In this document: positions 46,401-55,242 of the stretch, one piece after another | Numbering within the stretch: position 1 is the first letter of the stretch | Layout: each line of letters starts with the position of its first letter | Virus record (IMG/VR): IMGVR_UViG_3300010998_000005 | Span: 14,095 to 78,094 of that record | Direction: 5' to 3' (one strand) | Source of the DNA: a virus | Lineage: Duplodnaviria; Caudoviricetes | DNA length: 64,000 bases | The notes under the pieces: generated by a model | What the model was told of the DNA's origin: nothing | Database searches by the model: none | Seen by the model: the letters and a program-made list of their open reading frames with translations, nothing else | Translations under genes and position numbers: made by a program

Positions 46401-49303
46401 AAACCGATGAATTTGCCAAGGCGATAAAAGAAGTCGGTAATGCCATGACCAATACACGAAAGAAGCAACAGGAATTGCTTAAAGAGGGTATTGATGGCAC
46501 TACGATATTGAATAGCATTTCGGAAAACTACGGCAAGACCATAGATATAAACAACGAGAAATTGCAATCTTTCGGCGTGAAAGGCTTGAAGACTGCAAAA
46601 GACTTTGCGAATATGGGGCAAAGGGAACAAAAGAGTTTCCTTATGTCTTTACTTGATGTTGCAAAGTTAAGGGGTAGTGCCGAGGCAATAGAATACATTG
46701 AAGGCAAACTTGCAGACCTCAATGAGGAAATCCTTAAAACGGATAACAAAACGCTTGTAGATAGCCTTAAAAGCGATTTAGAGCAGTTAAAGAACGAATA
46801 CGAAATAGGCATAGAATTAGATGCGAACCCCGAACTTGGTGGTATTATTGCACAAACTTTCGGCTTTACCGATGAACAAATGCAATCTATACCACGCACG
46901 GCAAAGGATATTGCGGAAAAGATACAGAAAATCTTTGACGACAAGCTTGGCAAGGGTAAGTTGAATTTCCTTGACTATACCGACAAGAAAGCCCTTCAAA
47001 GTGCTATGGGTAATCTTGGTATTGACCCCAAAAGTGCCAAAGCAGAGGCACTGTATGCTTATGCTGAACTTTATAACAAAATACTTAAAGACGAAACAAA
47101 GGCGCAAACCGATGAATGGAACAAGTTGCTTGAAAAGTATGCAGAATACGAATACAAGCAATCGCAAATACAAAAGAAAGCCGTAGAGGAACGTAAGGAC
47201 TTTGCTATGCGTCTTGGCAATGAGGAACAAAAGAGTCGTGCAATGCAACTCGTTACTCTAATAGGTGTTGCAGCCGACCCAACGCAAAAGCAAGCACTCG
47301 TAGAACAATTAAAGACTTTGTTGCGAGAAATTGCAGGCGATGATGAGGCAAAACTAAATATCGTTGTTGGTATCGACAACAAGGAAGCGGAAGAAAGTGC
47401 TACTTTGGCATTTGAGGAGTTCAAGAAGAACCCTGAATGGCTTGTTGCTACGGGCGACCTTGCAGGACTTACCGACAAGGCTTTGCGTGGTCTTATTGGG
47501 GATATAGAAGATTACAAGAAGAAAGCCAAAAATCTTAATCCAAAGCAAATTAAGGAAATCAACAAGGCTTTGCGTGCATTGCATAAGCAAGTGCGCCAAG
47601 GCAGTCCGTTTGCTGCCATTGCTGATATATTTGAACAAGCCAAAGAAAGGGCAAGCGAATACGATGAGGAAATCGCAAAGGTCGAAAAGCAAATGCAAGA
47701 CCTTAACGAAATCAGCGAGAACGGAGGCGAACTTTCCGATGAACAATCAAAAAAACTTAAAACCCTTAAAGACCGTTGGGAAGAACTTAAAGAAAAGAAA
47801 AAGGATGCTGAAAAGGTTGACACAAAAGCCCTTGTGGATGGCATAAATGGAATGATAAGCGTTATATCGCAAGCCACGAATGCTATTGGCGAAATGTTTG
47901 AAGCCTTTGGCTCTGGAGGTAAAAATGCCTCAAAAACAATGAAAGACATTATGTCCGTCGTAGAGAAAGGCGGTCAATTTGCTGCGATAGGTGCGCAAAT
48001 CGGTGGTGGCTATGGTGCTATCATTGGTGCTGTGGCAGGTGTTGCAACTGGGCTTATTTCCATACTTGCAAGTGCTTCAAATGAAAGAATCACCGAACAG
48101 GTCGAAGAGTCCGAGCGTGCAGTAAAGGAACTTGAAAACGCATACAAAAGACTTACCTATGCGGTCGAAGACTCCTTTGGCACTATAGTAATGGGATTTA
48201 AGCAAGCGCAAAAAGCAAACAGGGAATATCAACTTGTAGAACTCAAGCGTCAACTCCAACTTGAACAATCACGTTCAAGCAAGAACCGTGACGAAGATAA
48301 AATACGTGACCTCCAATCCCAAATTATTGAACTCGAACACGAGATAGCGAAAGCAACAGAAGAAACCCTCAACGATATAATGGGAATATCCTCTCTTGGT
48401 GAGTTCTTCCAAGGTCTCGTGGACGATATGATAGATGCGTTCAAGAATGGCGAGGACGGTATGAAGAAGTTCGCTGAAAGTTGGGATGAAATGGTGGACT
48501 CTATGGTAGGTAAGTTACTCCTTCAAAAGGTCTTTACACCTTTCATAAACGCTATGAGCGAGGATATGCAAGACATTATAGAAAAATACACCAAAGATAG
48601 TTCCAAGGAAAGAGCGAATTTGACAAGCCTTACTGCCAACCTAAAGGACATGACGGGAGAACAAGTCTTAGGACACTATTTTCAAAAAAACTTGGACGAA
48701 TTGGAAGATACGCTCGTAGCAATGGGGCAAGAAGTTCCTGAGTGGTTAAGTGAAAGGAATTGGTCAAAAAATCAGGGAAATGACCGTTGGAAGTGGCAAG
48801 CAAGTGTTGATTTGGAGGCAATCAAGCAGGCGTATATCGCTCGTATCGAAAATGGTATATCTTCCCTCGATGAAAAGATTGCTTATCAAACTGCCGATGC
48901 TACGGAGGAACTTATTGAGTACGCAAAGCAAAAGAAAGAGGAAGCAAAGGGGTTGTTCTCCGAGGATTTAATGAATCTCTTAAAGGGGTACTACACCTTT
49001 GGTCAAGACAACGAAAAGGAGTTGTCGGCGTTGCAAAGGGGTATTCAGGGCATAACCGAAGATACGGCAGGAGCGTTGGAAGCAATAACAAATGGTATAT
49101 CTCAACAATGCTACTTGCAGTCAGACCTCCTTACCCAAATCCGCGATGCCGTAGTTGCCATTGACAGTGATGTTCAAACGAGTACACAAGCCGAAATGCT
49201 TTTGCAACTGCAACAATCCTATCAAGTTCAAATGTCTATCGAAAGCATTTTGCAAGGCGTACTTGTTCCGAGTGGTCGTGCATTTGCCGTAGAAATACAA
49301 TAA
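43499..49303 (+). CDS. Tape measure protein (1934 aa)
   Basis: Long helical protein; TMP domain ELGTAAKQLTAY...LADISAALG...LGQIKAQG. Confidence 0.92.
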   Translation: MAATEPTIIVGKLDDKALQESIDKLISDVNNKLNGSDGLAGKFKSGIEAMQNSLNSFATTIKAVKGDVGDMSKSFEAMFKAMSGTGGSGASGGGKGGTTSGASTTASAPNTIGELKEQIKLQGQIVDQQVRSTAEKERQVNKQRQLTNELEKELRSTAQSRLQRGLNMQPQGLDEAQRKLQYLQAVQRRYANTTQLSAQEQRNLANAIAGTQREIAKINNTRPKTLKEVLGMDESSVDAITRKMRELKRVQIDTNDATQVKNLASKYQELTNKRREMLGQNQLLENSNLSLARSFNYIRNRLVYAFTIGAVVNFTKEIVRVRAEYEMLDRSLGILIGDMEKGTQIFNELNEMALKSPFTLIELGTAAKQLTAYNFAANEVVDTTRRLADISAALGVPMERLTYNLGQIKAQGVLNARDARDFANAGLAIVPMLAQLYTKQKRFGDEIVTTAQVYDMMSKKMVSYGDVLHVLTDITDEGGKFFDFQAKQADTLKVQLANLTLAYNNMLNEIGTDNQGVISGALGLLRSLAQNWKTVKNAILTVVTALGAYKGALMLAYLWSKRVAAGETIKAFYELAKSVKTAKDAMILFNTVCKANPLGIFVSLLATAGAAFLVFGDDVDEVSENVEMFGENAWQTVSKVKSLQKVLLGLDENTSTYKKTLQELNGILDEYGITEIKNRDEINKKIEQTIALIEEEASARQYANQMAKGEETYNKAVADANSKLSSEYNDLFKGVFGYDKAMAEQMANAFTSVTAQIIQANIKSVINKTGDEYEKGVVQIKVRLEDAFRKMGYSEVQISMIMREMKGDIDDNIESVKQATEAQNAHNEVIEKAYSKGQKLSKGVLAFNQKLQAQRKVMTDASTDAKTLYNRIYSIVDLAKKNSKNTITFDLQLTATNPPKWMKNFSDERIRELAVSFGAIAAAGGRAKGMTREQTLQRSLEYASENRLREEAKASDKADKTSKTRTKQTDEFAKAIKEVGNAMTNTRKKQQELLKEGIDGTTILNSISENYGKTIDINNEKLQSFGVKGLKTAKDFANMGQREQKSFLMSLLDVAKLRGSAEAIEYIEGKLADLNEEILKTDNKTLVDSLKSDLEQLKNEYEIGIELDANPELGGIIAQTFGFTDEQMQSIPRTAKDIAEKIQKIFDDKLGKGKLNFLDYTDKKALQSAMGNLGIDPKSAKAEALYAYAELYNKILKDETKAQTDEWNKLLEKYAEYEYKQSQIQKKAVEERKDFAMRLGNEEQKSRAMQLVTLIGVAADPTQKQALVEQLKTLLREIAGDDEAKLNIVVGIDNKEAEESATLAFEEFKKNPEWLVATGDLAGLTDKALRGLIGDIEDYKKKAKNLNPKQIKEINKALRALHKQVRQGSPFAAIADIFEQAKERASEYDEEIAKVEKQMQDLNEISENGGELSDEQSKKLKTLKDRWEELKEKKKDAEKVDTKALVDGINGMISVISQATNAIGEMFEAFGSGGKNASKTMKDIMSVVEKGGQFAAIGAQIGGGYGAIIGAVAGVATGLISILASASNERITEQVEESERAVKELENAYKRLTYAVEDSFGTIVMGFKQAQKANREYQLVELKRQLQLEQSRSSKNRDEDKIRDLQSQIIELEHEIAKATEETLNDIMGISSLGEFFQGLVDDMIDAFKNGEDGMKKFAESWDEMVDSMVGKLLLQKVFTPFINAMSEDMQDIIEKYTKDSSKERANLTSLTANLKDMTGEQVLGHYFQKNLDELEDTLVAMGQEVPEWLSERNWSKNQGNDRWKWQASVDLEAIKQAYIARIENGISSLDEKIAYQTADATEELIEYAKQKKEEAKGLFSEDLMNLLKGYYTFGQDNEKELSALQRGIQGITEDTAGALEAITNGISQQCYLQSDLLTQIRDAVVAIDSDVQTSTQAEMLLQLQQSYQVQMSIESILQGVLVPSGRAFAVEIQ

Positions 49304-49326
49304 TAATCACACAAAACAAAAGAGAT

Positions 49327-49920
49327 ATGGAAGATGCTTCATTCAACTATTACAAAAACGCTTTACTAAGTAATCTTTGCGAAGAATACAAAGCAGAGTG
49401 GAGGGCAAAGAGAAACGACAAGTTAGCGTTGATGAAACTTGCGCTAAAGCAACAGAGCATACCGCATTGTGCTACGTTCGCCTATCAAGGCAAGGGTATA
49501 ACCAAGGAATATATGCTAAAGGAATTTGGCGATTATCTAAACGGCTATGTGGTAAACGATGCGGACAATGTTAAAGGCTACACCTATACTTGGTATGTAG
49601 GCTATGACTACGACAACGACATAGATGTTACTTGCGATGTAACGCATATATCGTGGACTAAGAATAAGACGCTTGTTGTGCCGCAATGCCGATGCCCTAT
49701 CATTCATATTAGCAACAAGTCAAAGGTAAGGATATTATGCGAGGGGTGGAATAGCCTTATCATACACCTCTATGACGAAAGCGAAGTGACGATAGATGAT
49801 GCCGACGAGCATAGCAAGGTCTTTGTCTATCAGTATAGCGACAAGGTGAAAGTTAGTGAGGGCAAGTATAACTTTGCCACGATATGCAAGCGTGAACGCA
49901 ATATAAAAGATTTTGTGTAA
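49327..49920 (+). CDS. Hypothetical protein (tail module)
   Basis: ORF track; follows the TMP. Confidence 0.7.
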   Translation: MEDASFNYYKNALLSNLCEEYKAEWRAKRNDKLALMKLALKQQSIPHCATFAYQGKGITKEYMLKEFGDYLNGYVVNDADNVKGYTYTWYVGYDYDNDIDVTCDVTHISWTKNKTLVVPQCRCPIIHISNKSKVRILCEGWNSLIIHLYDESEVTIDDADEHSKVFVYQYSDKVKVSEGKYNFATICKRERNIKDFV

Positions 49921-49990
49921 AAGTATTTTGCATTTTCCGAAAATAAATACTATCTTTGCAACAAAGAAAGAAAAAGATACATAATCGCTT

Positions 49991-50776
49991 ATGGCACTAT
50001 TACAAGATAAATACTTTGTCAGAAAGACGGAAAACGAGGAATGGCACGATGTCACCACGCTCATAGATGGCTGTAGGATACTCTCTATCGGCGGCTATGA
50101 CGAAAAAGGCAAGGCTGTGAATGTCTATGCGGAGCAATGGATAGGCGAACAAGCCGAGGACTTTATGATAGCCACGCTTGACGATGACGATAACCCGATA
50201 GTCATACGTGAGAACGTAGATATAGAGATAACCTTTATCTGCGGCAACAAATACGCTACCAATGCCATCGACGCAAGGACACAACATGATGCTTTCGTAG
50301 AGTATATGATGAATAGCGATGTCTATGTCAAGAGTGCATACACAGGAAAGGAGGTGCGTTGTGTGTGCTTGGATGGGTACAAACCTACTACAGAAAATCT
50401 CCATCGGGGGCAGGCGTCCTATGTCATGGGAACGATAAAGTTACACACCCTTGATGTTCCAACAGTATCACAGGTTATTATTGTAGGCAGCTTGTATATA
50501 GGCTTTGGTGGTGATGCCATTACGAACGAACAAGAGATTGCATCACTCACCAACGTACAACACTACAACGTGGCAGATGCACACGGCAGTTACACTATTG
50601 TCTGTCCGAGCACAAGTTACTTGTGGATATGCACCAAGGGAACTATAAGTGGCGTTAATGCCAATGGCTTTGAAGTGCCTATGGAAGGAGTTGCCAATGT
50701 GGGCGAATATCATTGCTATCGCACGTCTAATAGCATCAAGCCACACACCATGTCATTTAACATAACAACATCATAA
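49991..50776 (+). CDS. Distal tail (Dit-like) protein
   Basis: Synteny; N-domain followed by a beta C-terminal extension; own promoter at 49951. Confidence 0.5.
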   Translation: MALLQDKYFVRKTENEEWHDVTTLIDGCRILSIGGYDEKGKAVNVYAEQWIGEQAEDFMIATLDDDDNPIVIRENVDIEITFICGNKYATNAIDARTQHDAFVEYMMNSDVYVKSAYTGKEVRCVCLDGYKPTTENLHRGQASYVMGTIKLHTLDVPTVSQVIIVGSLYIGFGGDAITNEQEIASLTNVQHYNVADAHGSYTIVCPSTSYLWICTKGTISGVNANGFEVPMEGVANVGEYHCYRTSNSIKPHTMSFNITTS

Positions 50777-50794
50777 ATAAAGACAATAACGATT

Positions 50795-51052
50795 ATGGCA
50801 AATATCAATGTGTATGGAACGATAAACACTATGGCTTCGGACAATAAAGTTGTTGTCGCTTCGCAAGTGTACGATGAAGCGCAACAAAAGTTTCAAGACC
50901 AAATAAACCAAGAAACTGACAACGATGGACTTGTTTCAGCAAAGGTGGTGCAATCTTTCACCGATGCCCAGAAAGTGCAGGCAAGGGCGAATATAGGGGC
51001 TGGAGATTTGCAAAGTGTTACCCAAGAACAATTTAATGCAATATTTGAATAG
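50795..51052 (+). CDS. Small tail-fibre-associated protein
   Basis: QSFTDAQKVQARANIGA fibre repeat motif. Confidence 0.55.
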   Translation: MANINVYGTINTMASDNKVVVASQVYDEAQQKFQDQINQETDNDGLVSAKVVQSFTDAQKVQARANIGAGDLQSVTQEQFNAIFE

Positions 51053-51054
51053 TT

Positions 51055-51750
51055 ATGATTAAGTGGATTTTCGGAAATACCTTACCCATTGTCGTTGAAT
51101 TGAAAGAGGTCATCAAGACGCAAGAGGGTACGACTACGGAGGATTATATACCACCCGTAGGCAGTGATATAGAGGTGTGGGCAATAGGCGAATGCAAGAA
51201 GAAGCAATTTGACTACACCATAGACGGAAACGTATTGATGTTTACCGATGACGGAACATTGAACGTAGGTACTTACGGCATAAGGATTACGGTCATAGAA
51301 CCCGAAAGCCGTAGGTTGAGGTCTTTCAAGTGCGAGGAACTGAAAATCGTGAATTGCACGGAGGATTTGGACTTAGGTGAGTTTATACAAGAGGGTGCGG
51401 TAACACTTGATGCAATGCCTTTCTTTTGGGCAAAAGGTGAGAAGGGCGACCAAGGAATACAAGGTGTCCAAGGTGAAAAGGGTGAACGTGGCGAACAAGG
51501 TGAGCAAGGTGTAAAGGGAGATACGGGTAACGGAATATCAAGTGTAACACTTAATGCCAACTACACCCTTACTTTGAACTTCACCGATGGTACATCATAT
51601 ACCACACCAAGTATTCGTGGCGAAAAGGGAGAAAAGGGTAACAAAGGTGATGCAGGCACAACCGACTACAACGACCTTGAAAACAAACCCGATTTAAGCA
51701 TCTATATGCAAGAGGTAACACAAGAACAATTCGATAACATTTTTAACTAA
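51055..51750 (+). CDS. Baseplate upper (BppU-like) protein with collagen-like repeat
   Basis: GEKGDQGIQGVQGEKGERGEQGEQGVKGDTG Gly-X-Y run. Confidence 0.65.
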   Translation: MIKWIFGNTLPIVVELKEVIKTQEGTTTEDYIPPVGSDIEVWAIGECKKKQFDYTIDGNVLMFTDDGTLNVGTYGIRITVIEPESRRLRSFKCEELKIVNCTEDLDLGEFIQEGAVTLDAMPFFWAKGEKGDQGIQGVQGEKGERGEQGEQGVKGDTGNGISSVTLNANYTLTLNFTDGTSYTTPSIRGEKGEKGNKGDAGTTDYNDLENKPDLSIYMQEVTQEQFDNIFN

Positions 51751-51758
51751 TTAAGGAT

Positions 51759-52145
51759 ATGACAACGATTGAAATTTTAACAGGGATTAGGGATTGGATA
51801 TTAGCCAAACTTACGCCAAGAGATACGGTGTTGTCCGAATTTCTTGCAAGCCTTCGTCAAGACGTGGATAACATTAAGGACGGACTTGGAAATGTGTATG
51901 ACTTGCGTGCAAGAAAGGCTATGCTTGACAATGTACCCGATGTGGCAAGTGCTCCGATGAAAACAATAGGAACAGGTGCACCAAGCGCAAGTATTATACC
52001 AGAGAATTGGGATAGTGACAGGTACGGCATTTGGACTGGCGTACCACGTTTTATAGGACAGGAATACTACGACATCACCAACAAGAAAAGATATGACGCT
52101 TTTTCCGTTACTAATTCGGTAGGTGATTGGGTTTTGATGAACTAA
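51759..52145 (+). CDS. Tail fibre-associated protein
   Basis: GTGAPS...PRFIGQEYYD..NKKRY motif seen in fibre segments. Confidence 0.5.
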   Translation: MTTIEILTGIRDWILAKLTPRDTVLSEFLASLRQDVDNIKDGLGNVYDLRARKAMLDNVPDVASAPMKTIGTGAPSASIIPENWDSDRYGIWTGVPRFIGQEYYDITNKKRYDAFSVTNSVGDWVLMN

Positions 52146-52162
52146 AAAAAAATTAAAGAACC

Positions 52163-53437
52163 ATGATAAAGTTATTTGAAAACAAAACAGAATACGATGC
52201 TACGGTAAAGCCAACAGATGAAAGTCGTGTAGGTCTTATAGAAGATATTAACCAGTCCGTAGTTGATGGTGTTAACGTGCATGTCAAATACCCAAAAGTA
52301 GGTGATTTGGTGTTTGAGAACGGCGATGATGAGGTGGTGTTCATTGACTACCTTACCGCAGTCAGAAGCCTCATACCAAGCACCTATACACACGTGGGGT
52401 ATATCTTGGAGGTTATGGGGGATAGTGTCAAGATAATCCATGACCTCGGTACAACGGCACAGTGGCTTGATTGCTGGCAGTATGCTATCACGGCTATTGC
52501 TTCAACCGATATAACGATAAGGCTTAGGATGTCTAACGACTACAGCTCAAATACCTCCGTTGCGGTGACACTAAGCAGTACAGACATCAACGCTACTACG
52601 GCACAGGAGATAAGTGACGCAGTATCAGCAAAGGCTACGGAGGTCGGTGACACTAACCCTTGGTGGGCGTGGTATGATGAAGATAACGAGCGTATCATAG
52701 TGCAGACGGACACATGTGTGGACTATCAACAAAATGCCGTTGGGGGCGTTAACTGCACCATATCTTTATGTGTGTGGGAGGATATGCCAGCAAGCGGTAA
52801 TTTATGGAGGACAAGCGGAGTATCTACAAACTATTGTATGTGCAACCCAGCAAAATTCATTTCTTATTATAGTACGCATGGAACTACACCTACTGCTGAT
52901 ATACCATTACACTCTGCTACGATAGTAACTGAGGCAGGTTTTGAGAACAGCGAATTTTGCCAGTTGCTACGAGACGCCTATGGTGATTATTCTACATATA
53001 TGATAGCGGAACATAGTGGACTTATCCCATCAAAATATGGGGTATTCGGTTTGCTTAGTGGCGAGGAGATGACCAAGATGTATGGCAATTCTAATGCACC
53101 TACCAAGGATGGCGATACGATGTATAAGTTCCCTGCGCTTCATCAATGCGCCACGCTTGATTTTGAGGTCGAGGGATTAGAATCTGGAGACTGGCATCTT
53201 GCTACACCAGAGGAAACGCTTATCGAGATGAGTACAGATGTGTTTGCCGCACTGCGTATCTCGGCAACCAAAGTAGGCGAGACCTATCCAGATAATAGTG
53301 TCAGTCGTTGGACTTCGGCAAGAAGCTCCGCCTACCGTGCTTGGCTGTTCAGCGGTACGATCGGCTTCCTCTTCAGCAACCTCAACGTCCCCAACGCTTA
53401 TCGGGTGATGGCGGTCACGCTTTATAAAATATCTTAA
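52163..53437 (+). CDS. Receptor-binding protein with C-terminal CLec-fold, DGR-type variable region
   Basis: C-terminus RWTSARSSAYRAWLFSGTIGFLFSNLNVPNAYRVMAVT; dense NNC codons at 53320-53400. Confidence 0.75.
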   Translation: MIKLFENKTEYDATVKPTDESRVGLIEDINQSVVDGVNVHVKYPKVGDLVFENGDDEVVFIDYLTAVRSLIPSTYTHVGYILEVMGDSVKIIHDLGTTAQWLDCWQYAITAIASTDITIRLRMSNDYSSNTSVAVTLSSTDINATTAQEISDAVSAKATEVGDTNPWWAWYDEDNERIIVQTDTCVDYQQNAVGGVNCTISLCVWEDMPASGNLWRTSGVSTNYCMCNPAKFISYYSTHGTTPTADIPLHSATIVTEAGFENSEFCQLLRDAYGDYSTYMIAEHSGLIPSKYGVFGLLSGEEMTKMYGNSNAPTKDGDTMYKFPALHQCATLDFEVEGLESGDWHLATPEETLIEMSTDVFAALRISATKVGETYPDNSVSRWTSARSSAYRAWLFSGTIGFLFSNLNVPNAYRVMAVTLYKIS

Positions 53438-53446
53438 ACTTAAACT

Positions 53447-53474
53447 TCTCTCCTTGCCTCCGTGCAAGGGGAGA
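53447..53474 (+). promoter_or_regulatory. Hairpin just downstream of the variable region (DGR homing hairpin or terminator)
   Basis: TCTCTCCTTGC-ctccgt-GCAAGGGGAGA. Confidence 0.55.
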
Positions 53475-53490
53475 TAAAAAAATAGAAGAA

Positions 53491-53748
53491 ATGAAAAAAG
53501 AAGAACAAACAAGGCTCATAAACGAGCAATGGTCAATCATTAGAGATAGAGAGGCGAAACTATCGTCTATGGACTACAAGAACACCAAAAACGGTGAAGC
53601 AGAAAGGGTAGGACAACCACTACCCTACGACCCTATGGAAATCTACAACATCAACCAAAACTATCGCAAGGACATCAATGATGCCTACGATGAGATTGCA
53701 AGGCTTGAGGCTATTGAAATAGAGCCAGACGAAGAAGAAATAGAGTAA
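53491..53748 (+). CDS. Tail fibre assembly chaperone-like small protein
   Basis: L...DYK..K......LPYD.......Q..R..IN pattern following the fibre gene. Confidence 0.5.
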   Translation: MKKEEQTRLINEQWSIIRDREAKLSSMDYKNTKNGEAERVGQPLPYDPMEIYNINQNYRKDINDAYDEIARLEAIEIEPDEEEIE

Positions 53749-53898
53749 CAACGATAGTTTTTGTTTGATTTAGTATAAGATTATGCCCTTGCTTGTCTGC
53801 GAAAGATAGGCGAGGGTTTTTCTTTACTCTACTCACATAAAAAAAGACCACCAAACAAATGGCAGTCCTTTTTTGAAATAAAAGCATTTGTTAAAAAC

Positions 53899-54129
53899 CT
53901 ATCCAAAAATCTTGCTCCACCAAGACTTATCCTTCTTGGCAAGTTCGGTTTCAGTTTGCAAAAGCACATCTTCCAAGCGATTAACCTCGGCTGTAAGGTT
54001 GTTCACTCTTTCTTGTAGTTGTTTGTTGATGCCCTTATAGGCGTTCACTTGCTTTCTAAGATACTTAATTTCCTCTTGGGGATTGTCAAATGTCTTTTCT
54101 TGTTTCTTCTTTGTTGCCATAGTTTTCAA
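53899..54129 (-). CDS. Coiled-coil hypothetical protein
   Basis: ORF track. Confidence 0.65.
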   Translation of the reverse strand: MKTMATKKKQEKTFDNPQEEIKYLRKQVNAYKGINKQLQERVNNLTAEVNRLEDVLLQTETELAKKDKSWWSKIFG

Positions 54130-54155
54130 AATTGTATATTGGTTAGTAAATATGA

Positions 54156-54599
54156 TTAGAAATCAGGTTGATTGTAATCTTCTAAATCGGGTTGCCCTAC
54201 AATTTCATTTTGGCTTTCCTTTATAAGTTTCCTTTCTTGCACCATATTCGTGCTTGGATATGGCGCAATATCTATTGTCTGTCCTATAATAGTAAAGCCA
54301 TCCGTAGATGTTTCGTTTTCTTGCGTTTTAACATACGGCAACAAAAAGCCTTTTATCTTTACAAGCATATTGGTAGAAAAGAAACTGCTTATGTACTTTT
54401 TGAAGTAAGGCTTAAAGGTTACAACAAAGGTAAGCAATTCATCTTTCACCTTTGTGCCATCCTTTTTCTTGTAGCCTAACTTTCTTTCCACCAAAGTGAC
54501 ATTGACACAAGTTTCCTTATATCTTATACCTACTATATGACCACAAAGTGTTATATCTGCCATACTAATTTGTCTTAAAAACCTTATTTTCGCCACCAA
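54156..54599 (-). CDS. SSB-like OB-fold protein (probable start MADITLCG)
   Basis: ITLCGHI...LVKIKG pattern with an acidic tail ending NQPDF. Confidence 0.5.
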   Translation of the reverse strand: MVAKIRFLRQISMADITLCGHIVGIRYKETCVNVTLVERKLGYKKKDGTKVKDELLTFVVTFKPYFKKYISSFFSTNMLVKIKGFLLPYVKTQENETSTDGFTIIGQTIDIAPYPSTNMVQERKLIKESQNEIVGQPDLEDYNQPDF

Positions 54600-54665
54600 A
54601 AAGGCTTTCTAAGCGCATTTTACGTTGCTTGTGGGTACTTTATAAGGTGGTGCAAAGAAAATGCC

Positions 54666-55070
54666 TTAAAACGCATTTGTTGTTTCTTCGCCTTGACCTA
54701 ACTTTTTCTTTGTTTCCTCCATCAAGTTTTCAAGGTCTTGTTTTGCCTTTCTTATGTTCGCAAATTCTTCCTTTGTGGCGCGTGGGCAACCTTTGTGCCA
54801 ACTTTCGAGGTTAGGGGCTGTTATTCCGTAATCATACGCTTCAAGGCAATAGTCATAGTATTGTAAGTATTCGTTAAAGGTGAGATTGTTATCCACGATG
54901 TAACGTATTTCTTCAAAACTAAAGTAATAGTCGCCTACGTTGGCAATAGAGCCTATATCGCCTGCCACCCAAGCATCTTGTTCGTATGGCAGTTCAAACA
55001 TTTCGCAAAGGGTTTTCAAGTAATCCTCGCAAGCCTTTTCAAAGTTTTCCTTTATCTCTGTCTTATTCAT
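54666..55070 (-). CDS. Hypothetical protein
   Basis: ORF track. Confidence 0.7.
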   Translation of the reverse strand: MNKTEIKENFEKACEDYLKTLCEMFELPYEQDAWVAGDIGSIANVGDYYFSFEEIRYIVDNNLTFNEYLQYYDYCLEAYDYGITAPNLESWHKGCPRATKEEFANIRKAKQDLENLMEETKKKLGQGEETTNAF

Positions 55071-55242
55071 TGTCTTTCGGGTGTTTTATAAGAACACCAT
55101 TTTTTGTTCCTCGTTCAAAGTTCATAGTTTCCAACAAACCATCCTTAATCATGTTATAGACCGTCTGCGTGGATTTGCCTATCTTGTGTGCATAGCAACT
55201 TACACTAATCCATTCGTATTCTTGATTGTTGTTCTCTTGCAT
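55063..55242 (-). CDS. Small HTH (excisionase-like) protein, 59 aa
   Basis: Manual translation MQENNNQEYEWISVSCYAHKIGKSTQTVYNMIKDGLL... Confidence 0.6.
   Translation of the reverse strand: MQENNNQEYEWISVSCYAHKIGKSTQTVYNMIKDGLLETMNFERGTKNGVLIKHPKDNE

Noticed and set aside
43336-48971. Numerous antisense ORFs inside the tape measure and other long genes
   Set aside because: Shadow ORFs expected from codon bias on the opposite strand; they lack start contexts and motifs.
51420-51650. Tandem DNA repeat / VNTR in the BppU-like gene
   Set aside because: Explained by collagen-like Gly-X-Y codons with synonymous variation.
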